DNA of 64,000 nucleotides from Candidatus Peribacteria bacterium (GCA_023898485.1 CP060225.1:548848-612847), one strand, 5' to 3'; positions 23,101 to 33,744 are shown, counted from the stretch's first letter. Notes: generated by a model from the sequence alone, not told the origin. Numbers and translations: made by a program.

Positions 23101-26061
23101 CAGTTTGGGTCATCCTTGGAGCACAGCCGGTAATGCCAGACCCATACCGATTTGCTGGATAAGCTGATCGGTCGATACTTCTTGTCCCATGATATATTGC
23201 TGTCTCCACTGTTCTGCATAACCAGAGATGACTCCGCTTGTCAGCATCTCTGCTCCAGTGATCGCCTTGTTTCATACCTTGGTACCCACAGTTACGAAAA
23301 GTTGTCCTAGCTTGGGAAATTTAGACACTATGGGCCCTAATCATGGAATCAATGCAAATGGTCATCCAGTTGCAACATCCACTGCTAGTGTAGAGAACAT
23401 ATCTTTGATAAATAATGCATCAGACTCCGCTTGACGTTGATTGATAACATAATCGGCTAGATATCATGCTAGTGATCAAGCACCTGCTGCGAGGATACCA
23501 CTTGCTGCTACTGATGAGACTGCAGACCGCGAGAGGGTCACTGCTCCAGCTGTACCTGTTCATCCAGTCACAATACTAACTACTATAGTAGCTGCTATAG
23601 CTACCGCTATTACTCATACCATTTTGCTATATTCTACCGTCTTGTCCCAGTTCTCGTCCGAGAGATTGAACTTTCCTATTCCCATCATATCTCTATACAT
23701 ATCATAGATTTCTTTTTGTATGCCATTTAGCTTGAAATCATCACTATACTTTCCTCCTTGATCAGCAAAATCTGTGAAGCTCTTCATGAGTGATTGTGTT
23801 GATTTTTGTGTGATAGCCATCGTCCTCTCTGCGATGAGTTGTGCTTGTGCCTGCGGAGATTTATTTTTCATCTCTGGATCGGTGGCTGGATCACCAAATC
23901 TGATCACATACTCTGTAAGTGTATTTACGTATTGTTTCTGCTCAAACGTCCGCTTATTATTTCGTGAAAATGTGGTATTTTTTCATAGCAATGCTTGCAA
24001 TTGGGGATTGGTGCCAAATATCTTTTGTATCTTTGCCCTATTCGTATTGAATTTTTTCTCACATTGGTCATCCCGGGCTTTGTTGACTGCTCCTTTATCA
24101 ATCACAGATGGCATCAAATCATTCATAATTTGCTTGGCAAGAGGGATATCTTTGAGATCGGTGTCGATGTCGCCATTTCTGTCTGTGACAAGTTTTGCTA
24201 GGTTGAGGAGTTGTTTTTGGTATGTTTCTTTGTTCTGCGGGTCTTGTGTGATTTTTTCAGAAAATGACTGATATAACTTCTGACCAAAATAACCAGTAAA
24301 CTGCTTGAGAATAGCCATCGCCGAATCAGGATGTCCCTCTGCGTCATACTGTTTATGAAGATGTTGAAATACATTATATGCTATCATAGGATTAGTCTTC
24401 AATAGCCTATCTACTTGAGTTTGTGCATGTATAAGGATCTTTTCTCCAATTCATGGTACTAGTGCCTTGTCATGAGTATAGAGCATCAAGTATTCTTCTA
24501 GCTGCTTGGTGGTAGTTCCTGGTTTTTTTGTTGCATCGAAGGCGCTTTTTTCATACTGCTGTAGTGCTTGCAGTTCTTGTGGAGTTAATGTGATATCATT
24601 CTGTAACTTCTCCTGCAATGCAGCTTTGTTTATTATTTTCTCTGCATCCTGATTGGTTATCTCTTTTTGAATATGTGTTTTCATCCATTGGTCATTGAGC
24701 CGCTTCACTACCTTTTTGACATTATCATCATCCGACATAATCGTAGTCACACCTAGTGCTTCTTTTGTCTTCTTATCAAAGCATCATAACTCCTTCTTGA
24801 TGTATACAGTATACACTCACATCTCATCGCCTTCCCTCTGCTGCTCTTGCCTCCCTTTGAAATAAATTTCTTGATCAGCAAAACTATTATCATTCTTAAA
24901 TGGCTCCGCATCATTAGCAGGATATTTTTTATTATGATCTTCTGCTTTTTTGAGAGTGTTTTGAAGATATGTTTGCACTTTTTCTTTGTTGGATCATCGA
25001 TTGATGTCTAGCCCATCAATAAATGCATTTTTCTGTGTTTCAATCACTTGCGTCGTATAGAGTTCTTTCCAACGAGTATTAAGGTATGCTAAGAATGCAT
25101 CTTCATTTTTGTCCATAATGTTATAAAGCTCACTGTCGGATCATCCAAGATCTGATGGAGAAAAAAGCGGACTAATCTTGTACTTAGATCCATCTGAATT
25201 ATAACCCTTAAATTCAAAATGACCACTCCGTATATAAATCTTTGAAAATGGACTATCTCCAGCTGATGAAATTTTTTTATCTTTACATATTTGTAGTATA
25301 CTTATAAGTTTCTTGTTTATAATCATGTCACACTCCTTTGCAAACTCTGCGCTTTTGAAATCATACTCCAATCATTCAATATTGCCATCTTTTGCCATAT
25401 TTTTGGATACTTCTATAGATTGTATTGTAGGTGCGATTTTTTCTTTATACTCTTTCATATCTTTTGTGTCTTGTGTTTTTTCATATTTCTCTTTGTTGGG
25501 GGTGATGCTCATAATAGTGTCATATCTCCAGTAATATGATTTTCCTCCATGTTGAAATGGGTTTTCCCTCTGTGTAATAGCTGTCGCTCGTGCGTTCATA
25601 AGTGATTTATCAAGTGTGGGGAACTTTTTTTGTAATACGCTCAGGGTGGCATTTCTGTCATATTTCTCACCATATTGATACCCCATGAGTGCTGTATATG
25701 TCTTATGTCATAACTGTCCGTCTATGTCGATTTTCTTGGTAGGATTTTGGAGGTTGTAGATAAATTGAAAAACAGCAATATCTTCATTATTCAGTGATTG
25801 GGAATTATACTTATCTCGCAGATTTCATGGAGCAGATTTAAACTTTGCTAATTTATCTAAGAAGTTTTCTCATTCGATACCCTTTAGTGATTCAAGGCAT
25901 GCAATTCTTGATAACTTCTTCGTTTCTGGTGATCGATTTTTTATAACATTATTCAGTGATTGTATTTCTTTGTTAGTCAAAATATCATCAGTCAGATTCA
26001 TCCCTGCACCTGTCTTACCTTCAAAATAATTCCTATTGGATTGAACAATAGGATCTGACAT
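20146..26061 (-). CDS. Giant (1971 aa) membrane-embedded multi-enzyme toxin-like protein: PG-binding-like N-terminus, TM cluster, H-Y-E ART-like domain, HD domain, C-terminal R-S-E ADP-ribosyltransferase
   Basis: Eight track ORFs (25870-26061, 25372-25686, 25141-25371, 24451-24750, 23983-24402, 23614-23907, 22762-22944, 21595-21942) share one frame. My hand translation of all gaps and of 20146-21594 meets only TGA, about 50 in total. Double TAA at 20143-20148. Motifs: LLYR(G) at 20566-20580, YFSTT with S-T-T at 20476-20484, EKEILFPP with ExE at 20239-20247. Confidence 0.8.
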
Positions 26062-26065
26062 CGCT

Positions 26066-26398
26066 TTATATAATGGTATCTAATAAAATATCTACATCTT
26101 CCTGTTCTTGTTCCTCACGAAGAGTAATTTTTTGTAATTTATCTCTGAGCTGTATTTTCTGATTTTCTTGTAATATATCTTTTTGATGTTCTGCCGCTGC
26201 CAATATAGCATACATAAGCTGCAATATAGCACTACAGAGCAAAGAAGATGGCTCCTCAACACTTGATCGTAGAGAAACCATATCTTGTAAAACCTCATCG
26301 TTGCTATCTATAAAAGTATTTACTATAACCTGTATAGTTTCTCTTTGTCGCTCTATAGATTGTTGCTGGAAAATCTCAATCCTCTGCTGATAATCCAT
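26066..26398 (-). CDS. Small (110 aa) acidic helical hypothetical protein, first cistron before the giant gene
   Basis: Complete ORF. Its TAA lies 4 nt before the ATG of the giant gene, which suggests translational coupling or a shared operon. Confidence 0.55.
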   Translation of the reverse strand: MDYQQRIEIFQQQSIERQRETIQVIVNTFIDSNDEVLQDMVSLRSSVEEPSSLLCSAILQLMYAILAAAEHQKDILQENQKIQLRDKLQKITLREEQEQEDVDILLDTII

Positions 26399-26562
26399 AC
26401 ATAGATTATAGGGAGTAAATCATATGTTTTGATTCTATCCTCCCCCCCCATACCTTTCACAAATACTACCATAAATCATTGGACACTCAACTTGACAAAT
26501 TTAGAAAAAATCCATATCTTGTGATATGAATCTTCTTTCCTATGATTATGATCTCTTAGATA

Positions 26563-27411
26563 CTACTCACTGGAACTATATCTATAGATATTCCACCTCG
26601 GTGTGGTGGTGATTTCTTCGGAATCAGTAGTCGTATACCTGGATGAGTCATAGGTAGTATAGCGAGTATTGGACTGTGTAGGAGATTGTGCGCCTGCTAT
26701 GACATTTCGATAGGTCTGCTGGTAGCCAGCTGAGTATGATGGATGTGTATATGACCCGTATGATGATGTATTGTTATAATAGTTGTTCTGTGTCGAATAC
26801 GTAGATGATATAGCACTGGTGCAGGTAGTGATTTCGTGCGTATAGCGACCGAAATATCGCCGCATTCTTCTGTCTAAATATCTGCTGGTACTATCAACAT
26901 CGTTGTCGCCAGGGATATATCGACGAGATCGATCGCCATCAGATCGTCTGATTCTGTATTTTTGGATAGTGGTAACAGCTGATGGGATGCGAAGACCCAA
27001 ATCAGCAAAATAGCTATCACTACGAGCACTATGGCGCTGAGTGGTGCAGCGTTCGGGTGCTGGAAGATTTTCTAAGATACTTACAACAGGATAAGTGCCC
27101 GTATTCCAATACGGACCATAGTTACCATAGTAATAATTATTGTCGATATCCACATCATCAGCATAAATATTGTAGGTGTCGCTATGTGTGATACTATTAT
27201 CTACTCGATAATTATTGGTATCATATCTAACATCGTAATCATAATTATTGACCTCATAGTCGTAGTCTAGGTTGCCATGGTAGTATGGCACATACGAACC
27301 ATATGGTTGTGTGTAACCATTGCTAGCAGAATATGTCGTATATCACGCCAAAACAGAAGCAGACACACTTACAAGTCCTGCTACGATCAGCGTAAGAGTG
27401 AGTTTTTTCAT
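26563..27411 (-). CDS. Secreted Tyr/Asn/Arg/Thr-rich low-complexity protein
   Basis: Extending track ORF 26563-27291 through one TGA gives MKKLTLTLIVAGLVSVSASVLA(G)YTTYSASNGY..., a signal peptide. The body is dominated by Y, N, T, S and R (for example NNYYYGNYGPYWNTGTY). 282 aa. Confidence 0.6.
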
Positions 27412-27597
27412 CAGTCATTGCGATAAGCTATAAAATCTACCGTAATACTAGCAAAGCATCACTATCATTGCAAGTGATTTATTGACATACTATATTTATG
27501 TGATATAGAGAAGTTAGCAACAATGTGATTGATAATCTATTGCATCATCTTCGGCAGATATGCTCTAATCAAGATACATATTATCATTGAGATATTT

Positions 27598-28017
27598 CTA
27601 CAATATCAATATCCATACACCACATGCTACTATTATATCAATCAACAATTTTAATCCCATAATCCAATAGAGCGATGGCTTGTGTGTAGACCAGGTAATT
27701 TGTGATACTTGCACCATCAGTGCAGCCAATGAAAAAGCTATAATTGTATGCATACTCAGCGCACCGTCACCATTCGTTAGCGCTGAAGCAAAGACAACAT
27801 ACGCGAATGATAAGAAGAACACAAACTTAGCAACAAACTCTATTGCTAGTAGTCTGATCATTTCGTTTTTGGAAGGACTATAGTCCTTTTTCATACCTAC
27901 TGCATCACCATATTGCTTACCAAATAGTGGCCCATACCACAGGGCGCCTAGACCATGCGAAACCACTGTCACAATCAGCGCCCACACAAACACAGAAGAA
28001 ATCATACCCATTATCAA
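27598..28017 (-). CDS. DUF1761-like integral membrane protein
   Basis: HGLGALWYGPLFGKQYGDAVG plus four hydrophobic helices. Start is TTG 28017 or ATG 28011. Confidence 0.5.
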   Translation of the reverse strand: MIMGMISSVFVWALIVTVVSHGLGALWYGPLFGKQYGDAVGMKKDYSPSKNEMIRLLAIEFVAKFVFFLSFAYVVFASALTNGDGALSMHTIIAFSLAALMVQVSQITWSTHKPSLYWIMGLKLLIDIIVACGVWILIL

Positions 28018-28074
28018 AAGATATAAAAAAACCTCTCATCAGCATAGAGAGGCTCTTATGATTTGCAAGTATAA

Positions 28075-28407
28075 CTACTGCTTGAGTGTGCTGATTTTCC
28101 AAATGAAATAGATCTCTGCAAGCACAATAAATCCTACATACCGCGCCCAATGAAGTGACGTAAGTACAGGAAATCGCTTCGCAAGCAATAATCCCAAAAC
28201 GAGTAAATCAATCTTTACAAGAGTCCATTCAGCTAATGAAAGGCTTCTAGCAATTTTTTGAGCAAGGCGTACGGCGTTAATCATGAGAAGATGTTCAAAA
28301 GAAGATAAATACGCTCTGTGTATAGTCTGATACACATATATTGCAAGACTATTTCTAGTGTTTGGATCATGACAACATATCATGAAATGTCTGAATAAAA
28401 TGATCAC
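28075..28407 (-). CDS. Small two-TM hypothetical protein (start uncertain, possibly ATG 28284)
   Basis: ORF with hydrophobic C-terminal half. The 5' part overlaps the upstream gene by 41 nt, so a shorter product is likely. Confidence 0.3.
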   Translation of the reverse strand: MIILFRHFMICCHDPNTRNSLAIYVYQTIHRAYLSSFEHLLMINAVRLAQKIARSLSLAEWTLVKIDLLVLGLLLAKRFPVLTSLHWARYVGFIVLAEIYFIWKISTLKQ

Positions 28408-28921
28408 GCTGACTGTCTAATGCATCAAGTTCTGCCTGAGTTGCACCATGATTACGAGCATATTGTTCAAGTTCCGAAACCTTCTGCTCAAACATCTGAT
28501 ATGCACTACGATTTGCCTTGAAAAAGAAATCTGCAATATCACCGATCACTGGCATAGCTCCTACTGCTCGATCAGCCGTCTGATAACCGATAATATGAAG
28601 TGACTCTTTTCGACCGAATCAGAGCTTACGACCCTCGTATAGCAAATAGAGTGTCGACACGGTACCGACTGCACTATCCCCTAGTGCTGGAATAAGTGAG
28701 ATGATCGCATCCAGTCCATAGGTATCCATCACTTTCGAAAACAGATCCACACGATCTTTGACTGCTCTGGCCTGGACGAGTTGATCGAGAAGTTTCGCCT
28801 TCTCTGCTTCCGTGCCAAGCTCTACTTCCACTACCTCTGCATCGTGCTCAGGAGAAGAAACACTCTCCGACACGGATTCCGTATTCGCCTGTAGTTCGAT
28901 ATTGTCGTCTTGATGAGTCAT
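28367..28921 (-). CDS. DUF4112 family membrane protein
   Basis: Track ORFs 28619-28921 and 28367-28555 are in frame and joined through one TGA. Motifs: YGLDAIISLIPALGDSAVG...AMPVIGDIADFFFKANRSAY. Confidence 0.55.
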
Positions 28922-28948
28922 CCTTCAATAATAACAAAAAAATAAAAC

Positions 28949-29404
28949 CTACTCTTCCTCCTCTCTCTTCGCCAAAGCTTTTTTGATCTGCTGAATCTTA
29001 TATCCTTTGCGAATCAATTTTTGTGCAATATCAAAACCATCCAATCCCCTGGCCTTGAGTTTGTCTATCTCCTTGAGAATACCAGTCAGAGTACCGTCGG
29101 CGATATCATCCTCATATTCAGCAATCAGTCACTCAAGTAGTCTATTATCGATCCCTTTTTGGAGCAGTTTGCCACGGATAGTCCAGAGTGGTTTGCCTTT
29201 TTTGATGACTTCGGATTCTAGATACATGCGCGCAAACTGCTCATCATCCACATAGCCATCACGGATCAGTAACTCCATCGCAGACTCCACTTCGACATCA
29301 GTATAGCCTTTTTCGTACAGCTTGGCACGGAGCTCCTTCTCCGTCTTGGGAAAGCGAGATAAGTAGTAATATGCATAATCAATACAGGGTTTTTTCTGAG
29401 GCAT
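28949..29404 (-). CDS. recX: RecA regulator RecX
   Basis: MPQKKPCIDYAYYYLSRFPKTEKELRAKLYEKGYTDVEVESAMELLIRDGYVDDEQFARMYLE..., the three-repeat RecX pattern. One in-frame TGA. TAG at 28949-28951. Confidence 0.75.
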
Positions 29405-29453
29405 GAGAAGAAAGGTAACAAATAGTATAAAATGGTAGCACATGGTAGCAATT

Positions 29454-29493
29454 TGTCACGACTTGCTACAACATGTCACGACTTGCTACAACA
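29454..29493. repeat. Perfect 20-bp tandem duplication (TGTCACGACTTGCTACAACA x2) spanning the holB stop codon
   Basis: Copies at 29454-29473 and 29474-29493. The adjacent atggtagca is also duplicated (29432-29450). Confidence 0.85.
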
Positions 29494-30362
29494 TCCATAG
29501 CAAGTTGCACGAGTGAATTCTCCGCATGGACATTGCGACTGCGGTACTGCTCATAGCGAGTCAGTGCATCCACCACCTCATACTGACCAGCGTCGATCCC
29601 AGTCTGGATCAGCGCATCACGATATCGTGGTCGTTCAGTCTGATCAATAGTTTTGAGAGCTTGGATGAGAGGGATGAGTTTCTGATTATGGATCTTTTGT
29701 TGGAGTGATTCGAATGAGTCGATCAGCTTCTGACGATCGTCACGTCCTGCGAGTGTACGAGCGCGAATGATCTTGCCCGCGCTGAGGCGAGTCAGTGTTT
29801 CTGCCTGCGGTTGTGAGAGTCCATACTCTCTGACGAGCAATGACACAATATCACGAGGATCGGCTGGGTCCACCTGGATCGTCAGTGCTCTGGAGTGCAG
29901 TGTCTGCAGGACATCATCAGGAGATGAACTCGTCGCGATGATATACCTACCAGGAAGCGGCTCTTCCAGATGTTTGAGCAGTGCATTGGCTGCAGCAATA
30001 GTCGCTCTTTCGATATTTTCTATGACGACAATTTTGGTATCGCCATGGGGTGAGCGAGACAGTCGATCACGGATCTCTCTGGCGCCGATATTGTCATAGG
30101 TGATGTCGTCGGAGGTCTGATAGGATTTGTTTTCACCAGAGGGTTGCTTAACAGGGAAGGTATGTGGCTTGCCAATCTGATCCGTCAGATCACGAATATG
30201 TAGCAGATCAAGCGATGCGTACTGCCCCAGTCTCTCACGCACGACACCCATTACTTCTTCACGCTTGCCGATATCACTCGGTCCCGTCACGAGAACAAAT
30301 GGAAAATGCTGCTGGCCATCCAACACTTTTTGTATACGATCACGAGTCGACTGAGAAGACAT
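29466..30362 (-). CDS. holB: DNA polymerase III delta' subunit
   Basis: FPFVLVTGPSDIGK...AANALLKHLEEPLPGRYIIATSSSPDDVLQTLHSRALTIQV. Start taken at ATG 30360-30362 (MSSQSTRD). No in-frame TGA. Confidence 0.75.
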   Translation of the reverse strand: MSSQSTRDRIQKVLDGQQHFPFVLVTGPSDIGKREEVMGVVRERLGQYASLDLLHIRDLTDQIGKPHTFPVKQPSGENKSYQTSDDITYDNIGAREIRDRLSRSPHGDTKIVVIENIERATIAAANALLKHLEEPLPGRYIIATSSSPDDVLQTLHSRALTIQVDPADPRDIVSLLVREYGLSQPQAETLTRLSAGKIIRARTLAGRDDRQKLIDSFESLQQKIHNQKLIPLIQALKTIDQTERPRYRDALIQTGIDAGQYEVVDALTRYEQYRSRNVHAENSLVQLAMDVVASRDML

Positions 30363-30415
30363 ATATACTATCATTACATAAATCAATCCTTGCTACCATT
30401 TGTCACTATACCACG

Positions 30416-31051
30416 CTACTTCCACCGCCCTGGTTCTCTCTCATCAGGGGCATGAGATCATTTCTCATCCATGTAGTCTCTCACGACCTCGCCTAATGCC
30501 TCGACGAGGATATCCAGATGCTCATCAGACCTATAGTCATGCGGATCATCGCCTTGGGTATGACGATTCTGATGATCGAGAAAGACTGCACTATGGTGAG
30601 TCGGTCTCGCTACATTGGTAAAGCGGTACGTCGTCCCATGTTCGAGCAGGACACGAAGATCACCTTTGTCGAAGATGCGGTCTGCCCACGAGTTTTGGGT
30701 ATGATTCATTGCCTCCACCTTATCCCAGTTGAAATGTTCGGTCTCATAGTGGATCAGCGACTTCCGACGATAAATCGTCACACCATCGTGCGAGACCACC
30801 ATCGCATCGAGATACAGATTGAAAAAATCGATCAAGGTCTTCACATATGCCACCACACCTAGTATCGCAGCTATCGTCGTGAAGATTTCCTCTCCATCCG
30901 AAAACCAATTAAAAAGGTATCGCAACACATAAATTACGAACAACATCAACACAAACCCCAAAAGTGGCGACAAATACACGCTCCAATGATGCGTGATCAC
31001 GTGTGTATCGCCCTGGATATGATAGGCCTGTAGCAGTGCGTCTCTGAACAT
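30416..31051 (-). CDS. Membrane protein, two N-terminal TM helices plus a soluble C-terminal domain (function unknown)
   Basis: Track ORF 30458-31051 extended through one TGA to TAG 30416-30418. It is the first gene of an apparent operon with holB and recX. Confidence 0.6.
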
Positions 31052-31136
31052 GAGAAGGATAAGGGAGGGTAAGGGAGGGTAAGGGAGGGCGATAAAGGTC
31101 TTCTATAAACCTCTATAATCCTCTATCAACCTTTAT
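31052..31136. promoter_or_regulatory. Second copy of the 10-bp-phased inverted heptamer array (5x xxrrAGG, then 4x CyTyTAT)
   Basis: GAGAAGG 31052, AGGGAGG 31062/31072/31082, ATAAAGG 31092, then CTTCTAT 31100, CCTCTAT 31110/31120, CCTTTAT 31130. It abuts the start codon of the 31051 gene. Confidence 0.55.
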
Positions 31137-31226
31137 AGCCCTTGTTATATGCAAAGAATATTTTTTATCAACCAAAAATCTAGCCCGACGACTAGATTTC
31201 GTATGGTATACGTGATGAGGGCCTGA

Positions 31227-31487
31227 TTAGTTCTTTTTTGCTGCCTCCATTCTCTTCATCTTCTCAGCAAACTGATCCAAACGACCTTTAGAGACTTGTT
31301 TGACTTCTCTGTCTGGGTTGTAGGCAGGGTGAGACATAGATGATGTTTCTACCTTGATAGGACCAGGAACAGTCGCACCACCGATAGTAAATTCGTAACC
31401 ATTAATATCTACGACAGTAACATTTTCGTAGTATTTTGGATGTTTTCCAGCTTTGTCGTTTTTGCTGTATGGAGTAGCGTCTGCCAT
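31227..31487 (-). CDS. rpmE: 50S ribosomal protein L31
   Basis: MADATPYSKNDKAGKHPKYYENVTVVDINGYEFTIGGA...ETSSMSHPAYN...KGRLDQFAEK. 86 aa. Confidence 0.75.
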   Translation of the reverse strand: MADATPYSKNDKAGKHPKYYENVTVVDINGYEFTIGGATVPGPIKVETSSMSHPAYNPDREVKQVSKGRLDQFAEKMKRMEAAKKN

Positions 31488-31616
31488 GGGATATTATGAT
31501 AGAAAAATGAATACAAAAATATGTTCAGTGGACAGTATACTAGAGAAGTGATGACAGATTGCAAGGGGAAAAGCTAATAATTAATCTTTCTATCACCCAC
31601 CATAATAGCATCGCTT

Positions 31617-32834
31617 CTATCTATCATTCGTCTCATCTAAGATCATCGAATCGCCACCCATTATTCACTGTGTCAGTGTGGAAAGGGATGTTGCATTGAT
31701 TGGGGGTGCTCGCATAAATGACCCTTCGTCTTGTCTTTGGCTGGATGATGTTCCTTGGAGAGTGATATCAACCGTCTCCTTACTGAAGAACTGCTGTATC
31801 ATAGGTCCGTACAACGTGATCATTCCATCATATGTGCTCTGTATAAGATCTTTGGTCATCTGATTGTCGAAAACAACATGTCACTCCAGCGTTGTCTGCT
31901 CTGCTTGAGTAACAAGAATAGATAACTCGGCAGTATGCTTGGTATTTCGTGTAAGCGTTATAATTAACTGATTCCCATCCTGCTTGGCAACTATCTGCAT
32001 CATATCACGCTGGAGTGAAATAGTCGTCATCTCATGTGTTAGGAGAAGCTCATAATCGTCCGCTGTATGCACTATGAGATACCCCGAAAGTGCTGGCATA
32101 CCTTGTATACCTTCCCACTCTTCGTTAAAGACAGTACCTGTGATGATATCTGTGATGGCTTGTTCAAGGGCGTCGGTGTTAGTTATGACAGCAAAAGCAA
32201 TATCTCCCTCATAAGTTGTCTGACCCATGTTTTGCAAGAGGTTATAGCTATCAAGCTGATTGAGCGTCATCTGGAGATTAGTAAGGATAGTTTTGACTTG
32301 TGCGGTGGTATCAGGCATGGAGACATTTGTACCGGTCATTGCGGAGTCGACCATAATCCGCTGATCACGAAACCCTTCTACCATCATGCTCAGGAAAGCC
32401 ATCTGTGGATCGGTAGAATCAAGTGTAAACTCATCGATCATAAAGTACATCAACGGTATTGATCATGAGAGTGTCTGAGACAACTGGAGACCCAAATTAC
32501 CTGTCAGTGCAAGATCAGCAGTAGATGCAATCATACCTAGTTGGATATCTCATGAACTAGATTGTGTGCTCTGGTCGGCTATCATACTCGTCTGTATGTC
32601 CAGTATTCATCCAGTCTGGGCCATATCTTGAGTCTGGACATGAAGTGATGAAGTAGATTTTCGCGTTCCTTCTAGTGTCTGGACTAGTAGGTCTTGGTCT
32701 ATATCTGCTTGGTACATCTGTGTCCATCACTGATATGCATGGTCGAATGTGATGTCCGATGTGACTTGTCTATCACAGGCAGCGAGTCAAATAGTCGACA
32801 TCAGGAGGAATAAGAGTAATCGTCTGGAGTACAT
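31617..32834 (-). CDS. Hypothetical lipoprotein (405 aa)
   Basis: MYSRRLLLFLLMSTI(G)LAAC carries a lipobox. Track ORFs 31881-32453 and 31665-31859 are in the same frame and were extended through TGA. TAG at 31617-31619. Confidence 0.6.
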
Positions 32835-33020
32835 AATATAAGATAGGGCGATAAAAACATATTGGTCTTATATGGATTGGAGTATGATATGTCCAGAGGA
32901 AATATGTACTCATTGTCCTTCATTTATCTCTCTTCAAGCAAGAAAAAAACCCCACCAACTTGACAGGGATTTTCTTATTTTCTATTTTCACAATTTGTCA
33001 CCACTTGTAACTATGTGCTA

Positions 33021-33536
33021 CTATTTTTTATGTCCTCTCTTATACAGATGAGACTCGACTTCATGATCGAAGAGTTCATCATTAGAGAACCAGAGTGCGA
33101 TCTCTGGACCTGCTTCATCAAGTTCTGCAGATGCATGGACAAGGTTTGGAAGCCATCCTTTGGTTTGATCGGTGTAGCCGAAAGAGACATGTGAATAGTC
33201 GCCTCTGATCGTACCAGGTGCAGCAGACTTAGGCTCGGTAGAGCCGATCATCTTGCGGACGAGTTCAACAGCTTCGACACCTTCCCAAACCATAGCAACC
33301 ACAGGACCTGATCTCATAAACTCAGCATTGACTTGGAAGATAGCTTCTCCGCGTCTGGTTTTGAGTTTTCCAATACCTTCATAGTGATCATGTGCGAGTG
33401 CTTCATCCATCTGGACCATCTTGAGTGCCACGAGATGAAGACCAACTTTTTCAAAGCGGCTGATAATATCACCAACGATACCTCTTTTGACCGCATCAGG
33501 CTTGAGGACGACGAGCGTTTTTTGGAGTGTAGACAT
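33021..33536 (-). CDS. ndk: Nucleoside diphosphate kinase
   Basis: MSTLQKTLVVLKPDAVKRGIVGDIISRFEKVGLHLVALKM...GTIRGDY...NLVHASA. Confidence 0.9.
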   Translation of the reverse strand: MSTLQKTLVVLKPDAVKRGIVGDIISRFEKVGLHLVALKMVQMDEALAHDHYEGIGKLKTRRGEAIFQVNAEFMRSGPVVAMVWEGVEAVELVRKMIGSTEPKSAAPGTIRGDYSHVSFGYTDQTKGWLPNLVHASAELDEAGPEIALWFSNDELFDHEVESHLYKRGHKK

Positions 33537-33709
33537 CCGAAACAATAGATACTAAAAAGTCCCTCTCGGGCATACTGTCACAGAGATATAGAGAGTGAGA
33601 CTGATTGCAAGAGAATTTGACATACTGTTTGGTGCTGATTGTGGTGGACTGTTATAAGAAACCATATATCATGGTATTGTTTTTATGTTAAAGCCTATTC
33701 CATTTCCTC

Positions 33710-33738
33710 TTGACATCATATCATATTATCTTAATAAT
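33710..33738 (+). promoter_or_regulatory. Sigma70-like promoter (TTGACA, 16-17 bp spacer, TAATAAT)
   Basis: TTGACA at 33710-33715. AT-rich -10 region at 33732-33738. No plus-strand ORF follows. Confidence 0.45.
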
Positions 33739-33744
33739 GGTGAC

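Noticed and set aside
31062-31090. The GGAGG-rich triple repeat (gtaagggagg x3) as stacked Shine-Dalgarno sites.
   Set aside because: The GGAGG motifs are on the strand opposite to the adjacent gene (31051, minus). They form part of the 10-bp-phased array shared with the recA upstream region.
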